Source: Candidatus Kapaibacterium sp.
GTDB taxonomy: Bacteria; Bacteroidota; Ignavibacteria; Kapaibacteriales; UBA2268
Reading direction: 5' to 3'
NCBI GenBank assembly: GCA_963664875.1
Contig: OY761611.1
Span: 2,112,001-2,176,000, forward strand
Length of the DNA stretch: 64,000 nucleotides
The notes beneath the pieces were generated by a model. The model searched no databases. It had not been told where the DNA came from and saw only the letters and a list, made by a program, of their open reading frames with translations. Within the stretch, counting starts at the first letter, position 1. Each line of letters begins with the position of its first letter. Shown here in pieces: positions 1-9,949 of the stretch. Position numbers and translations under genes: made by a program.

Positions 1-130
1 GGGGCTTGTCTGAGTAGATATGTATAAGGCATCCTTTTTTTTATGGCATATCTGCATCTCCTCAAAGATTAGTTACCTAATATATGAATCCCATTTTAAA
101 CAAAAATATAAAACTAACGATGAGGCAGAA

Positions 131-1858
131 ATGATTCGTATTATTTCTCTATTCCTAATAACCTTAGTACTGCTTCAATCATGTACTACAATTTCTTATA
201 AACAAGAAGATTGGACATCTGATAAATCAAGAGGACTTCATATTTACGAAAATATCCGTAAAGACGAGTCTTATTCTTTATGGTCATATTTGACATTCAC
301 AGGAGTACCTTTAGCTGCATTTGCTGGCGGAGGTCAAGCATATTATGATATTGCAACAAAAAATGGAACCCCTGCTGATTCTGCAAGAGATATTAGAAAC
401 TTAATATGGGCAGCAGGTTTATTTGCAGCAGGGTCTGGGGTTTATTACCTAATAAAACAAGATTCCACACTTCCAAAAGGTCAATCAATTTATGGAGCTT
501 CTGCTATTGAAGAGTGGTTCGTAAGCGAATTTGATACAGATGATTATATCCTTCTTGGATTTAGTGGAAGTACAGCTTACGTATTAGAGGCAGACAAGGA
601 AAACACATTTGGAGCAAGAAGTAATAGTGAACTTAAAAGTATTTACTCAGCTATGAAAAATTATGTAGTTGATAAAAACATTTTAAGTAAGATTGCAAAA
701 AATTCGGTAAAAACAATTCCTAAATCTGAACACTTTGTGGCTTATTATACTCTTGATAAAAAGTATCCGATATTCTTGACTGATTGTATTGATGAGATTT
801 ATGAAATAAAAGATTTGTATATCTATGCAAGTGAAATTGAAGTCTTAAAAGATGATAAGGTAAAGAGCGAACTCCGAAGTAAAACAGCTAAAAGAATATT
901 TGACAGAATACAAGAATCCTATTCAAACGAAATAGCATACTATGATGAATGGCTTAATTTTTACTCAAAATATGAGGATGGAGAAATCTTAACACTTAAA
1001 GGTGAAATGGTAAAAAAATACCAAGACATTGTACTCTCAAAATATGAAGTATTAGCTAAACTACTAAAGGAATTAGAAGAAGAGCAAGATCTTGAGGTAA
1101 AAAAAATAAAAACAACTCTCACTTCCTATAAAAATGATATTGATTTAGAATTAAAAAAGATATTAGTAAAAATGGATAACTTTATAAAACATGCTCAGAG
1201 TAAAGATTCGGGTAAACAACTCACATTAGAAATTCAGGAATTTGAAGAAAATCTTACAAGAAAACTAAAATCTTCAGAAGAGTTGAAAGCAAATATTTCA
1301 GATGTATCTGATAAAATGGTGTATTTCGATTTTAATAAAGAGAATATTAATTATACTGTATTAGAATTGTTGAATTCGAAGAAAGAAGATATAGAAAACA
1401 CATTATTGAAGATAAAAACAAAAACCAATAAAGCGAAACAAGAAGTAGAAGTAGAGACACAAGTTTTTAAGGTTTTTGTTTCAGAGATTCATGACAAACT
1501 AAACACTAAAGAGGAAGAACTAAAACATGAAGGAGAACTGCAACGAGAAAGACTTAAAGAACAGCGGAGAAAAGAGCAAAAAGCCTTGATTGCAAAATTA
1601 GAACAAGGTGACTGTATTCAATTTGGGACTTTTACAGATGGTTTTAAAATGACAGCATTTTTCTCCACTGCTGAAGTTATGGAAGAGTTGGCTTCTGATG
1701 AAGAAAATGAAAATGTTTATAATTGGCATAGTGTTCAATTTATAAGACTAAAAGGTAATATGATGACTGTTAGGTTTATGAGGAATATGCTGGGTTATGA
1801 AGCAGGACAAGAGATATTCTTGAATATAAACAATTCAAAACTGAGAAGTTGTCGTTAG
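131..1858 (+). CDS. Putative lipoprotein with two further hydrophobic segments and a long coiled-coil C-terminal half
   Basis: ORF 20..1858; ATG at 131 gives signal peptide MIRIISLFLITLVLLQS-C (lipobox-like); K/E-rich heptad region. Confidence 0.7.
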   Translation: MIRIISLFLITLVLLQSCTTISYKQEDWTSDKSRGLHIYENIRKDESYSLWSYLTFTGVPLAAFAGGGQAYYDIATKNGTPADSARDIRNLIWAAGLFAAGSGVYYLIKQDSTLPKGQSIYGASAIEEWFVSEFDTDDYILLGFSGSTAYVLEADKENTFGARSNSELKSIYSAMKNYVVDKNILSKIAKNSVKTIPKSEHFVAYYTLDKKYPIFLTDCIDEIYEIKDLYIYASEIEVLKDDKVKSELRSKTAKRIFDRIQESYSNEIAYYDEWLNFYSKYEDGEILTLKGEMVKKYQDIVLSKYEVLAKLLKELEEEQDLEVKKIKTTLTSYKNDIDLELKKILVKMDNFIKHAQSKDSGKQLTLEIQEFEENLTRKLKSSEELKANISDVSDKMVYFDFNKENINYTVLELLNSKKEDIENTLLKIKTKTNKAKQEVEVETQVFKVFVSEIHDKLNTKEEELKHEGELQRERLKEQRRKEQKALIAKLEQGDCIQFGTFTDGFKMTAFFSTAEVMEELASDEENENVYNWHSVQFIRLKGNMMTVRFMRNMLGYEAGQEIFLNINNSKLRSCR

Positions 1859-1915
1859 ATATTTATTATTTATTATAAATACAACTATAGTTCAACTAAC
1901 TTAAGGAAAACAAAC

Positions 1916-2113
1916 ATGACACAAAATTCAACAGTTTCAGTAGGGCAATGGATTGGTAAGCTTATTTTGGCATCAATTCCAATCATTGGTCTAATTATGC
2001 TAATCGTTTGGGTGGCAGGAGACAGCACTCCCAAAGTTATTGCAAACTGGGCAAAAGCACTATTAGCATTCCAAGCAATAGCATTCTTTTTAGTTATTTT
2101 AAGCATGATGTAA
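1916..2113 (+). CDS. Small two-TM membrane protein (paralog of downstream ORF)
   Basis: SD-like AAGGA upstream; motif SVGQW...IPIIG..ML.VW...ANWAKA shared with next ORF. Confidence 0.8.
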   Translation: MTQNSTVSVGQWIGKLILASIPIIGLIMLIVWVAGDSTPKVIANWAKALLAFQAIAFFLVILSMM

Positions 2114-2128
2114 CGAGGAGTAATTCAA

Positions 2129-2425
2129 ATGGAAAACACAGCACTAAACAACTTTGATGTTGCATCTAATCAAAATGAAATGTCTTTCGGGCAGTGGTTT
2201 GTAACATATCTAATTACAGCAATTCCTATAGTCGGATTTATAATGCTATTTGTTTGGGCATTTGGATCTGATACCAACCCGAATAAAGCAAATTGGGCAA
2301 AAGCATCCTTGATACTAATCGGTATAGCTATTGTCTTGGGAATAATACTTTTTGCAGTAATGGGACTTGCAATCGGAGGCTTAGTAATGTCAATTTTAGG
2401 TGATATGCCTGCAGAAGGCATATAA
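2129..2425 (+). CDS. Small two-TM membrane protein
   Basis: GAGGAG SD; SFGQWF...AIPIVGFIMLFVWAF...NKANWAKA pattern typical of a widespread small membrane family. Confidence 0.85.
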   Translation: MENTALNNFDVASNQNEMSFGQWFVTYLITAIPIVGFIMLFVWAFGSDTNPNKANWAKASLILIGIAIVLGIILFAVMGLAIGGLVMSILGDMPAEGI

Positions 2426-2451
2426 ATTAGGAAGAAAATCTTAGAACTTTA

Positions 2452-2488
2452 TTCAGGCAGGTTGCAATTCTTTATACACCTGCCTGAA
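2452..2488. terminator. Inverted repeat, possible (bidirectional) terminator or mRNA-stabilising hairpin
   Basis: TTCAGGCAGGT (2452-2462) / ACCTGCCTGAA (2478-2488), followed by an A-run. Confidence 0.55.
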
Positions 2489-2558
2489 AAAATGATGATA
2501 TTTTACACTTTATAGATAACAATCCTTGAATATCAAGGAAATACTATTAAGGAAATGT

Positions 2559-4229
2559 ATGAGTAACACAATATACCAAGAAACAACTTCAGAATGGATT
2601 TTAGTTAGATTCTATATGGCTCTTATGTTTTTACTTGAATTGTTCGGAGATCCTGATAAACCTGAATTGCTTGGAAGATTTAAAGTAGAGTGCGAAAATT
2701 GGAAGACAGCACTTGGCGAAGAAAGCTACAAAAAGCTAAAAATCGAAATTGAAAAAATTGAGATGCGAATTGAAACCGGGAAAATTAAGAACAGAGCCCA
2801 ATTGATGTATTGGGAACATCAACTTTGGATAAAACTAAAAAGTAATTATAACAACCGTTCTTTACCGAATATTGACAGACTAAGTTATGATGACTTCTTG
2901 ACATTTAATCAGTTTAAAGATTACCATATAACTTATAAACAGGTGATATCGAAAAATTACTCAGCTCCGCTTTACAAAAGATTTTTAGAGTTCAAAGAAA
3001 ATCTAAGTTGGTCAAAAATATTTATTCAAGTCGGAGTTTACTTCATTAGTTTGATAGCTATTTCATACCTTAACTCTGAAGTGCTGGGAATAGATTTCGC
3101 AAATGACGAGCCGACTGCCTTAAGTGGTCAGGCAGGGCTTATGCAATTATTTCTTCCGTTTCTTATTGCAAAATTTGTAGGAAAAAGATATAAGTTTTCT
3201 AAATATAAGGCATGGTTTAAAAAATATTATGATGAAAATGACTCGGATCATCACGGTATATTAAATCAACTAAGTGATGAAGAAAAGAAAGAGATGTACT
3301 TATATATGAAATCTGACACTACTGAGAATTCTGATTCTGATAGAGTCAACTTCGCAAGGAAAGAAGAGATAGAAGAGACACAGACAGAAATAGAAACACA
3401 ACCAAAAAAAATGGATGCTGATTTTCAAGATTTGAAAAAATCTATATCTGAAGAAAAGTACAAAATAAATGATAGTGAAACCAAGGAGGATAGGTTAATA
3501 GTTCACAAGACTGATAAGCAGCTCAGAGAAAAAATTATAGAAGAGGTATTTGGATTTCAAGAAGAGCCGGTAGAATTTCTATCTTTCTACAGCAATTCGG
3601 ATAGATATATATATGTTTTTATGCTTGTTCCACCAATAATAGCTGCTTCCGTGTTATTTGTTAGAAATATACTTAATGGTGATTCAAATATATTGATGAA
3701 TATCTTAATTTTCATTGCGATGCTATTAGCATTTTACGTCGCTTGGTTTCTATTCTTGGTAGCAATGCCATACATTATAGTGGTGATATTTGGGATATTA
3801 TATCTTGCAACTTCTTTGGTAGTTTGGATATTGGATTTGATAATCTCACCTTTTTTACCAAAAGAAAAGAAGAATATCCTGAGAAAAGTTTTTGATAAGT
3901 ATTTCAAAGACAATAAGAAAGCAGAAAAAGTAAAACTCACTCCTAAACAAAAAGAAAAACTGCTTGTCCGAGTAGATAAAAAGGGACTGCAATATAAAAA
4001 TCGCTTTTATGCTTGGAAAGACATAGAGTTGCCTGAATCATTCAGGAAGCTTGTTTTAGAGGTTATGTTCAAAGAACTTGACTCAAATCTTGACTCTAAC
4101 ACATTTAATCTAAATTTTAATTACAAAGGTAAGAAAACAAACTTGCACGTAACTCATGTTGGAGATTCCTATATGATATACGGAGCAGTATGGTATTTCT
4201 ATAATTTAAGAGAAGAACAGGCTCAATAA
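2559..4229 (+). CDS. Multi-pass membrane protein of unknown function
   Basis: ORF 2526..4229, likely ATG at 2559; two clusters of hydrophobic helices separated by a charged linker. Confidence 0.7.
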   Translation: MSNTIYQETTSEWILVRFYMALMFLLELFGDPDKPELLGRFKVECENWKTALGEESYKKLKIEIEKIEMRIETGKIKNRAQLMYWEHQLWIKLKSNYNNRSLPNIDRLSYDDFLTFNQFKDYHITYKQVISKNYSAPLYKRFLEFKENLSWSKIFIQVGVYFISLIAISYLNSEVLGIDFANDEPTALSGQAGLMQLFLPFLIAKFVGKRYKFSKYKAWFKKYYDENDSDHHGILNQLSDEEKKEMYLYMKSDTTENSDSDRVNFARKEEIEETQTEIETQPKKMDADFQDLKKSISEEKYKINDSETKEDRLIVHKTDKQLREKIIEEVFGFQEEPVEFLSFYSNSDRYIYVFMLVPPIIAASVLFVRNILNGDSNILMNILIFIAMLLAFYVAWFLFLVAMPYIIVVIFGILYLATSLVVWILDLIISPFLPKEKKNILRKVFDKYFKDNKKAEKVKLTPKQKEKLLVRVDKKGLQYKNRFYAWKDIELPESFRKLVLEVMFKELDSNLDSNTFNLNFNYKGKKTNLHVTHVGDSYMIYGAVWYFYNLREEQAQ

Positions 4230-4270
4230 GCTCAATTTGATATTGATTCATTATTGAAAGGATATACATT

Positions 4271-5119
4271 ATGTTTTGTAAAGAATGTGGTAAAGAAATA
4301 CAGAAAGGAGCAAACTTTTGTAACAAATGCGGAATTAAGGTAATAGCTTTAGATGGTGAGGAGTCGGTTGTTTTACAAAATACAAAAGGCTCAAATGAGT
4401 CAAAAATAATCTTTCCCAAAAGAGTTGTATTCTTTGCTTTTCTTCCGGGGGCATTATTAATTCTATCAATGGGAATTGTATTTAATTGGGGAACTATCCA
4501 AACTTGGGTTTCGGCAAAAGAAATCCGCATTTTTAATCAAACATGGATGACTCGCAATTTAGATGTGATATCTTATAAGAATGGAGACTTAATCCCCCAA
4601 TGTAAAAACAGTTATGAATTGGAAAATGCTTCTCGAAACAAAATTGGAGCATGGTGTTATTATAACTTTGATGAAAGTCGAGGAGCAAAATTTGGGAAAC
4701 TTTACAATTGGTATGCAGTCTCTGATGATCGTGGAATCGCACCAGTTGGATATCGTATTCCTACAGATGAAGATTGGCAAACATTAGAATCATTGCTTGG
4801 ACTGTCAGAACATCAACTTGAGTCATTCGATAGGAATAATAAATCTATTGGTATAAAACTCATTGGGTTTGAAAGTTTATGGAACTATACTGAAAAGATG
4901 GAAGAAATCGGTGAAAGTGGTTTTTTAGCAATTCCAAGTGGCAAATATGAAGACGGATTCTCAGGTTTATGTGTTGTCAGTACTTGGTGGACAGCTACTG
5001 AACTTTCAGATACTAATGCAATTTCAAGATCTCTTAAAGTTGAATACTCCTCAGATGAACTTCTTCGAGAAAGCAGTAACAAGGAGAACTTTTATTCTAT
5101 TAGGTTGATTAAAGATTAA
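4271..5119 (+). CDS. Zinc-ribbon + TM + FISUMP (Fibrobacter succinogenes major paralogous) domain protein
   Basis: N-terminal CxxC-x10-CxxC; QTWMTRNLDV, GKLYNWYAV, P.GYRIPT..DW..L and YSIRLIKD motifs. Confidence 0.85.
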   Translation: MFCKECGKEIQKGANFCNKCGIKVIALDGEESVVLQNTKGSNESKIIFPKRVVFFAFLPGALLILSMGIVFNWGTIQTWVSAKEIRIFNQTWMTRNLDVISYKNGDLIPQCKNSYELENASRNKIGAWCYYNFDESRGAKFGKLYNWYAVSDDRGIAPVGYRIPTDEDWQTLESLLGLSEHQLESFDRNNKSIGIKLIGFESLWNYTEKMEEIGESGFLAIPSGKYEDGFSGLCVVSTWWTATELSDTNAISRSLKVEYSSDELLRESSNKENFYSIRLIKD

Positions 5120-5147
5120 CCAACAAACCATAGGAATCGTTCAATAA

Positions 5148-6230
5148 ATGGAGTATAATATGCGAAATTGTTCTGCTTGTAATTTACCGATTGCAGAAAA
5201 TGCCAATTTCTGTAATAATTGTGGAGAGAAAGTTAACCACTTGAAAATTTGTTCAAATTGCAGAGCCGAAAATCATCAAGATTCAAAGTTTTGCTCGAAT
5301 TGTGGAAATAAAATAGGAAGTGACACCAATAATTTGCCAAATCGTAAAGCTGTGGAAGGAGAAGTATTTATACATAAATCCAATGCTACTGTTATTGATA
5401 AACAAAAGTCGGTAGCAACTGAGGATGACAGTAAAATAGACACAGAATCAAATCAATCAGCTCCAACTAAAGAGACTAATAGAACGACTTGGTTCTACAG
5501 AAAAAATGGGCAAGTCTATGGTGCATATGACTTTGAGAAAATATTAAAACTTACTTTAGATAATACTATTTCATCTGATACAGAAGTAAGTTCAGACAAT
5601 CAGGAGAATTGGCAGGAAGCTAAGATAATTGTAAATCAAAATGCACAGAGATTGAATCAAGATTTACCAAAAGTTTGGTTCTATAGCAGAAATGGGGACA
5701 GAGAAGGTCCTTTTACAGAATTTGAAATGAGATTAGCAATTGAAAAAGAACATATTAGTTACGGAGATGCTGTTTATAAAGAGGGCAGACATAACTGGGT
5801 TGCTGTTGAAGATACAGAGCTGAAGAAATACATTCACACTCCACCTCCTGTGTTAGGAGAAAATGCCCCGAATGGTTCAATTTGGTGGGTTGCATTTTCT
5901 CCATTAATTAGTAGTCTTGTACTTCTTCTAATTATGAGTTTCAGTTGGGAGCAATATATACAAACCAACGTCCAAGCTTATGCTGATTTATATCACTTTT
6001 TAAGCAATTGGGGGGGTGTCGTTTATATCATGTTTAATCTGATATTTATCGGGATTGATTCTTCTAAACTTAAAAATTTAGGTCATGATACTGAACAATT
6101 TGGGTCAATATTTTGGATTCCTGTTTACATTTGGAAAAGGAATAAAATTCTACAAAAGACTCAAGCAAGTTTTTGGATATGGATGATCCTAACTTTTTTT
6201 GATGTTTTGATTGGACCTGCATTGATGTAA
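5148..6230 (+). CDS. Double zinc ribbon + two GYF_2 (DUF4339)-like domains + C-terminal TM helices
   Basis: Four CxxC pairs; WFY..NG...G(A/P)(Y/F) repeated twice; PPP linker then TM segments. Confidence 0.8.
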   Translation: MEYNMRNCSACNLPIAENANFCNNCGEKVNHLKICSNCRAENHQDSKFCSNCGNKIGSDTNNLPNRKAVEGEVFIHKSNATVIDKQKSVATEDDSKIDTESNQSAPTKETNRTTWFYRKNGQVYGAYDFEKILKLTLDNTISSDTEVSSDNQENWQEAKIIVNQNAQRLNQDLPKVWFYSRNGDREGPFTEFEMRLAIEKEHISYGDAVYKEGRHNWVAVEDTELKKYIHTPPPVLGENAPNGSIWWVAFSPLISSLVLLLIMSFSWEQYIQTNVQAYADLYHFLSNWGGVVYIMFNLIFIGIDSSKLKNLGHDTEQFGSIFWIPVYIWKRNKILQKTQASFWIWMILTFFDVLIGPALM

Positions 6231-6280
6231 GAAATATGATTTAATAATATTAAAATAAAAACAAAAAAGGAAATAACACT

Positions 6281-6766
6281 ATGTCAAATTTTATCACAGA
6301 TTTTATAAACTCAATCAGAAAAAAAATTGTTTGGGTAGGGTTTAGTTTTGTTGATTGGGCAGAAGATCTTGATACTGCCGAAAAGTTAGCTAAATTTATA
6401 GAAACTCAAATTAAAGATAAAGAAGATGACTATAAGTTCTTTACCAGTAATGATGAAGAACGGAAAGTTCTACTTGCAAAAATTGTAGAAGATGCTTTAG
6501 AAGAAGGTAGAAAAGAAGCCGAAGAAGAGCTACAAAAAGAAGTTGTATTTAGCACAAGTGAGTATGAGCACTTGTTTGAAGAGGCAATGCAAAAAGCCAA
6601 AGAAGATCTTGTAGAATTTGAAGAGAAATTTGTAGAAGCAGAAGCAAAAGAATTTATCGAAGTTTTGAAGCTTGTTCTTCAAGAAGTCAAAGACGGCAAA
6701 CATGGAGATGATTTGGTTTCTGCTATGAAAAGAGTTGAAGAGCTCACAAGCTATGAAGCATTTTAA
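6281..6766 (+). CDS. Acidic helical hypothetical protein
   Basis: 161 aa ORF with SD (AAGGA), codirectional in cluster. Confidence 0.7.
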   Translation: MSNFITDFINSIRKKIVWVGFSFVDWAEDLDTAEKLAKFIETQIKDKEDDYKFFTSNDEERKVLLAKIVEDALEEGRKEAEEELQKEVVFSTSEYEHLFEEAMQKAKEDLVEFEEKFVEAEAKEFIEVLKLVLQEVKDGKHGDDLVSAMKRVEELTSYEAF

Positions 6767-6797
6767 ATTGGATAATTCTCAATACATTACATATTAA

Positions 6798-7871
6798 ATG
6801 TTTATGTTAAAATCTAAGCATGGTTCAAAGAAAATTGAAAAGCTCATAGATTGGGCTTATGAAAAATCTTTTGAAGGACTGCCTGGCACATATTCTGCAA
6901 TAGAGCTTGCTGATTCGGTTTATAATCCAAATGATAGTTTACTTTCTATGGCAAACAAAATCATCAGGAAAGAAACCTCAAAAGCTTCTATTTCAGGATT
7001 TATAACAGGCTTAGGCGGTCTTTTAACTATGTCTTTTATGATTCCTGCATCTTTAGTTGGCGTTACATTCCTACAGATGCGAATGGTAGCTGCAATTGCA
7101 CATTTAGCAGGGTTTGATTTGAAAGATAAAAAAGTAAAGACATTTGTTCTTTTAAGTTGGACAGTTGGTAAAACGGCAGATTTACTTAAAAATGTAGGTG
7201 CCAAATTTGCATCCCACACAGCAGGCGAATTGTTAGTGAAAGGTTTAAGTGAGGAAGCAATCAAGATAATCAATGAAACTGCTCTGAAGTCAATAGTACA
7301 GCGTTTATCAGTCAAAGGAGCAGAAGAAGTTACTTATAGTATTCCTCTCTTAGCAAGCATTGTAGGAGCATCCTTTGACGGAATCTCAACACTGATGATT
7401 GGGAACCGTGCTAAACAAATCTTTATAGTAAGAACCTCAAAAGAAGAAGACAATAATCGACTTGAAGAACATCTTAAGTTAGAGTACAACAAAATTGCTT
7501 TGTATATCAACTTGATAAAAATTGATGGAAAACTTCAAAGGCAAGAAATTAAAGTAATAGAAAAACTAATTGTTGAATCTGACTTGCCTAAAGTAGATAA
7601 ACGTACATTTGGTGAATCTCTGTGGGATTGTAAGCTAATACAAGTCGATTTTGCTTTGTTGAATAACCATCCTTTTGAAAAGCACAACATTCTATACACT
7701 TTGTTGGATTTAGCGAAAGTTGATGGAGAAATTGCTGAGCGTGAATTGAATTATGTCAGATTGATAGCCAAAAAACTGAATGTAAGCGAAAGAGCATTTG
7801 GGAATATTTTTAATACTGAATTTAGAAGCATTGTTACCGACAACGCCTCGAAATTTGATGTGTTGAAGTAA
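6798..7871 (+). CDS. EcsC-family protein fused to a C-terminal TerB-like domain
   Basis: GFITGLGGLLT...QMRMVAAIAHLAGFDL (EcsC); two DG....E helical motifs (IDGKLQRQE, VDGEIAERE) typical of TerB. Confidence 0.75.
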   Translation: MFMLKSKHGSKKIEKLIDWAYEKSFEGLPGTYSAIELADSVYNPNDSLLSMANKIIRKETSKASISGFITGLGGLLTMSFMIPASLVGVTFLQMRMVAAIAHLAGFDLKDKKVKTFVLLSWTVGKTADLLKNVGAKFASHTAGELLVKGLSEEAIKIINETALKSIVQRLSVKGAEEVTYSIPLLASIVGASFDGISTLMIGNRAKQIFIVRTSKEEDNNRLEEHLKLEYNKIALYINLIKIDGKLQRQEIKVIEKLIVESDLPKVDKRTFGESLWDCKLIQVDFALLNNHPFEKHNILYTLLDLAKVDGEIAERELNYVRLIAKKLNVSERAFGNIFNTEFRSIVTDNASKFDVLK

Positions 7872-8613
7872 TTATAAATTTGACGATTCCATTTGTACCT
7901 CAATCTTCGTTATATTAAGCTCCCCCCCCCCCAAATGTGTAGAAGAGAGAGATTTTTTTGTTTTATTCTTTATAAGCTTAATATGCTTCATCACTGATAA
8001 TATTAAATATTTATATAACTAATCAGCGAGGAAACAGTTTTGTATATAATATTGTAAATGATTTATATTTCTAATATTTAAAGCATTTTTATTGTTTATC
8101 TGTAAATCTCAAAGATGAAAAAGAATGCTACAAGTTAGCATTTTAACTTGAACTACAAACTCTTGATTGAAATAAAGTCAAAAAGAAGAATGAGTGGTAT
8201 AAAATATGAAGTATTTAAGATAGAAGGTTAAGAGATAAAGAAGCAGACATAACAATATAAATAATAGCAAATAAGCCACATAAATCTATTCTGTTAGGTT
8301 TTTATTGAAGAGCAGGATGTTTTAGTTGATAAACATGAAAAGCTCTTAAAATAGCTATTATGGCGAAATATTAGCTTTAAAGATTTAAGTTTAAGAAAAA
8401 ACGACTCTAAATTAGCTTTCCCTTCCAATAATATTTCCAAGAAGCACCAAAAATTGTAAATTTATGCAGCCAACCTGTTTTAAAAACATACCTATACAAT
8501 TTTTTCAAGTTAATTATCAACTTAACTGAAATTTTATTTTTGTAATTGCTGTGTATTTTATATATTCACATTATAAGTTAATGATATTCTCTTTATCTAT
8601 TTGCGGAGGCTTT

Positions 8614-9939
8614 ATGCAAAAGCTCATTTCATTGCTTCTATTAGTAATTTTTCTTCTACCTAATTATCTGCAAGCACAAGAATTTGAAAATGTCTTGTGG
8701 TGGAAGGCTTTAGAAGATCCAGCAGGTGTATGGAATGTAGCGATTTCACCCGATGGAAATACTATGGTAACGTTAACACATAAACTAAAATTGTGGAATG
8801 CAAATACAGGAGACTTTATCTTAGAATGCGAGATTGGTGAGTTTTTCAAAAATGTTGAAGATATATATTTTTCCAAAGATGGAAAATATATCTATACTGA
8901 TAGTAAGATGCGTGATGGATATTTTAATATTTGGGAAGTTGAAACAGGCAAAATAAAATATTCCAAATATTTTGTAGATAATGTGTTTGATGCCAAAATG
9001 TCAAATGATGGAACAAAAATTGCGATTTATGGACATGATAGATTGTTAAGAATTTACAATTTTATCACTTGGGAATTGTTAGCAGAAAGACAGCTCAAAG
9101 AATATGTGAAAGGAGGAATAGAATACTCACCGGACGACAAATATATTCTGCATGCTTGGACAAGCAATAGTGAAGAACAGCACGGTGTATATTTTTTAGA
9201 TGCAAATACTTTAGAATATGTTGATTATTTGCCTCAGCATATGCACGAAAGTGCAACTTCTGATGTTGCTTTCAGCAGAGATGGTAAGTATTTGTTAGTT
9301 TATACAAGTTTCCATTCTTATGGACAAATACCAACTTCAATATATAGCTATCCTGATTTGGAAGAGTTAGATTTCGATTTAGACTATAATGGATTATCAA
9401 ATGCAAACTTCTATGTTTCTCCTTGTAGCTATGACTTCATAGCTGATTTTGAATCGGATATAGCTTATAGTATAGATTTATATATATTTAGACATAGTGA
9501 TAAAAAACCTCTAAATAATAAAAAGTTAGGACAGATACCATTTTTTTTCCTCCGTGATACTGATACATCAGGATCAAAGATGCCAGGATTTTATCCAAGG
9601 ATAAAATTTATTTCTACTACCGACACAATAGGAGTATTTCTTCCTCCTTGGAATAAAACTAAAGTAAAAGAGAAAGAGGAAATAAAGGAAGATAAAATAT
9701 ATCCAAATCCAAGCACAAACACAGCAGAGATTTCTTTCACAATAGCTAATGCAGAAGACATCAGTGTCTTGATTTATGACAACTCAGGCAGAGTAATACA
9801 AACATTACATCAGGGCTTATTAGAAGCAGGAGAACATACTTTTTCATGGGACTGTTCCAATGTGGGTGCAGGTAAGTATATCTGTAATATCAGAGGCAAC
9901 AGTGTTTTTAAGTCGTTGAAAGTAATGATCAATAAATAG
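8614..9939 (+). CDS. Secreted WD40/beta-propeller protein with T9SS type A C-terminal sorting domain
   Basis: GGAGG SD before ATG 8614; signal peptide; SPDG/SKDG/SRDG repeats; IYPNPS...IYD..GR...G.Y...K CTD. Confidence 0.85.
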   Translation: MQKLISLLLLVIFLLPNYLQAQEFENVLWWKALEDPAGVWNVAISPDGNTMVTLTHKLKLWNANTGDFILECEIGEFFKNVEDIYFSKDGKYIYTDSKMRDGYFNIWEVETGKIKYSKYFVDNVFDAKMSNDGTKIAIYGHDRLLRIYNFITWELLAERQLKEYVKGGIEYSPDDKYILHAWTSNSEEQHGVYFLDANTLEYVDYLPQHMHESATSDVAFSRDGKYLLVYTSFHSYGQIPTSIYSYPDLEELDFDLDYNGLSNANFYVSPCSYDFIADFESDIAYSIDLYIFRHSDKKPLNNKKLGQIPFFFLRDTDTSGSKMPGFYPRIKFISTTDTIGVFLPPWNKTKVKEKEEIKEDKIYPNPSTNTAEISFTIANAEDISVLIYDNSGRVIQTLHQGLLEAGEHTFSWDCSNVGAGKYICNIRGNSVFKSLKVMINK

Positions 9940-9949
9940 GATACAAAAC

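Noticed and set aside
7922-7932. C11 homopolymer as a phase-variation switch
   Set aside because: Intergenic, downstream of a stop and ~680 bp from the next start; no functional link visible.
8047-8061. 12-nt minus-strand match to the sequence following the first mini-repeat (TTTACAATATTA), preceded by TCA
   Set aside because: AT-rich 12-mer plausible by chance in 64 kb; flank differs from the inferred CCT PAM.
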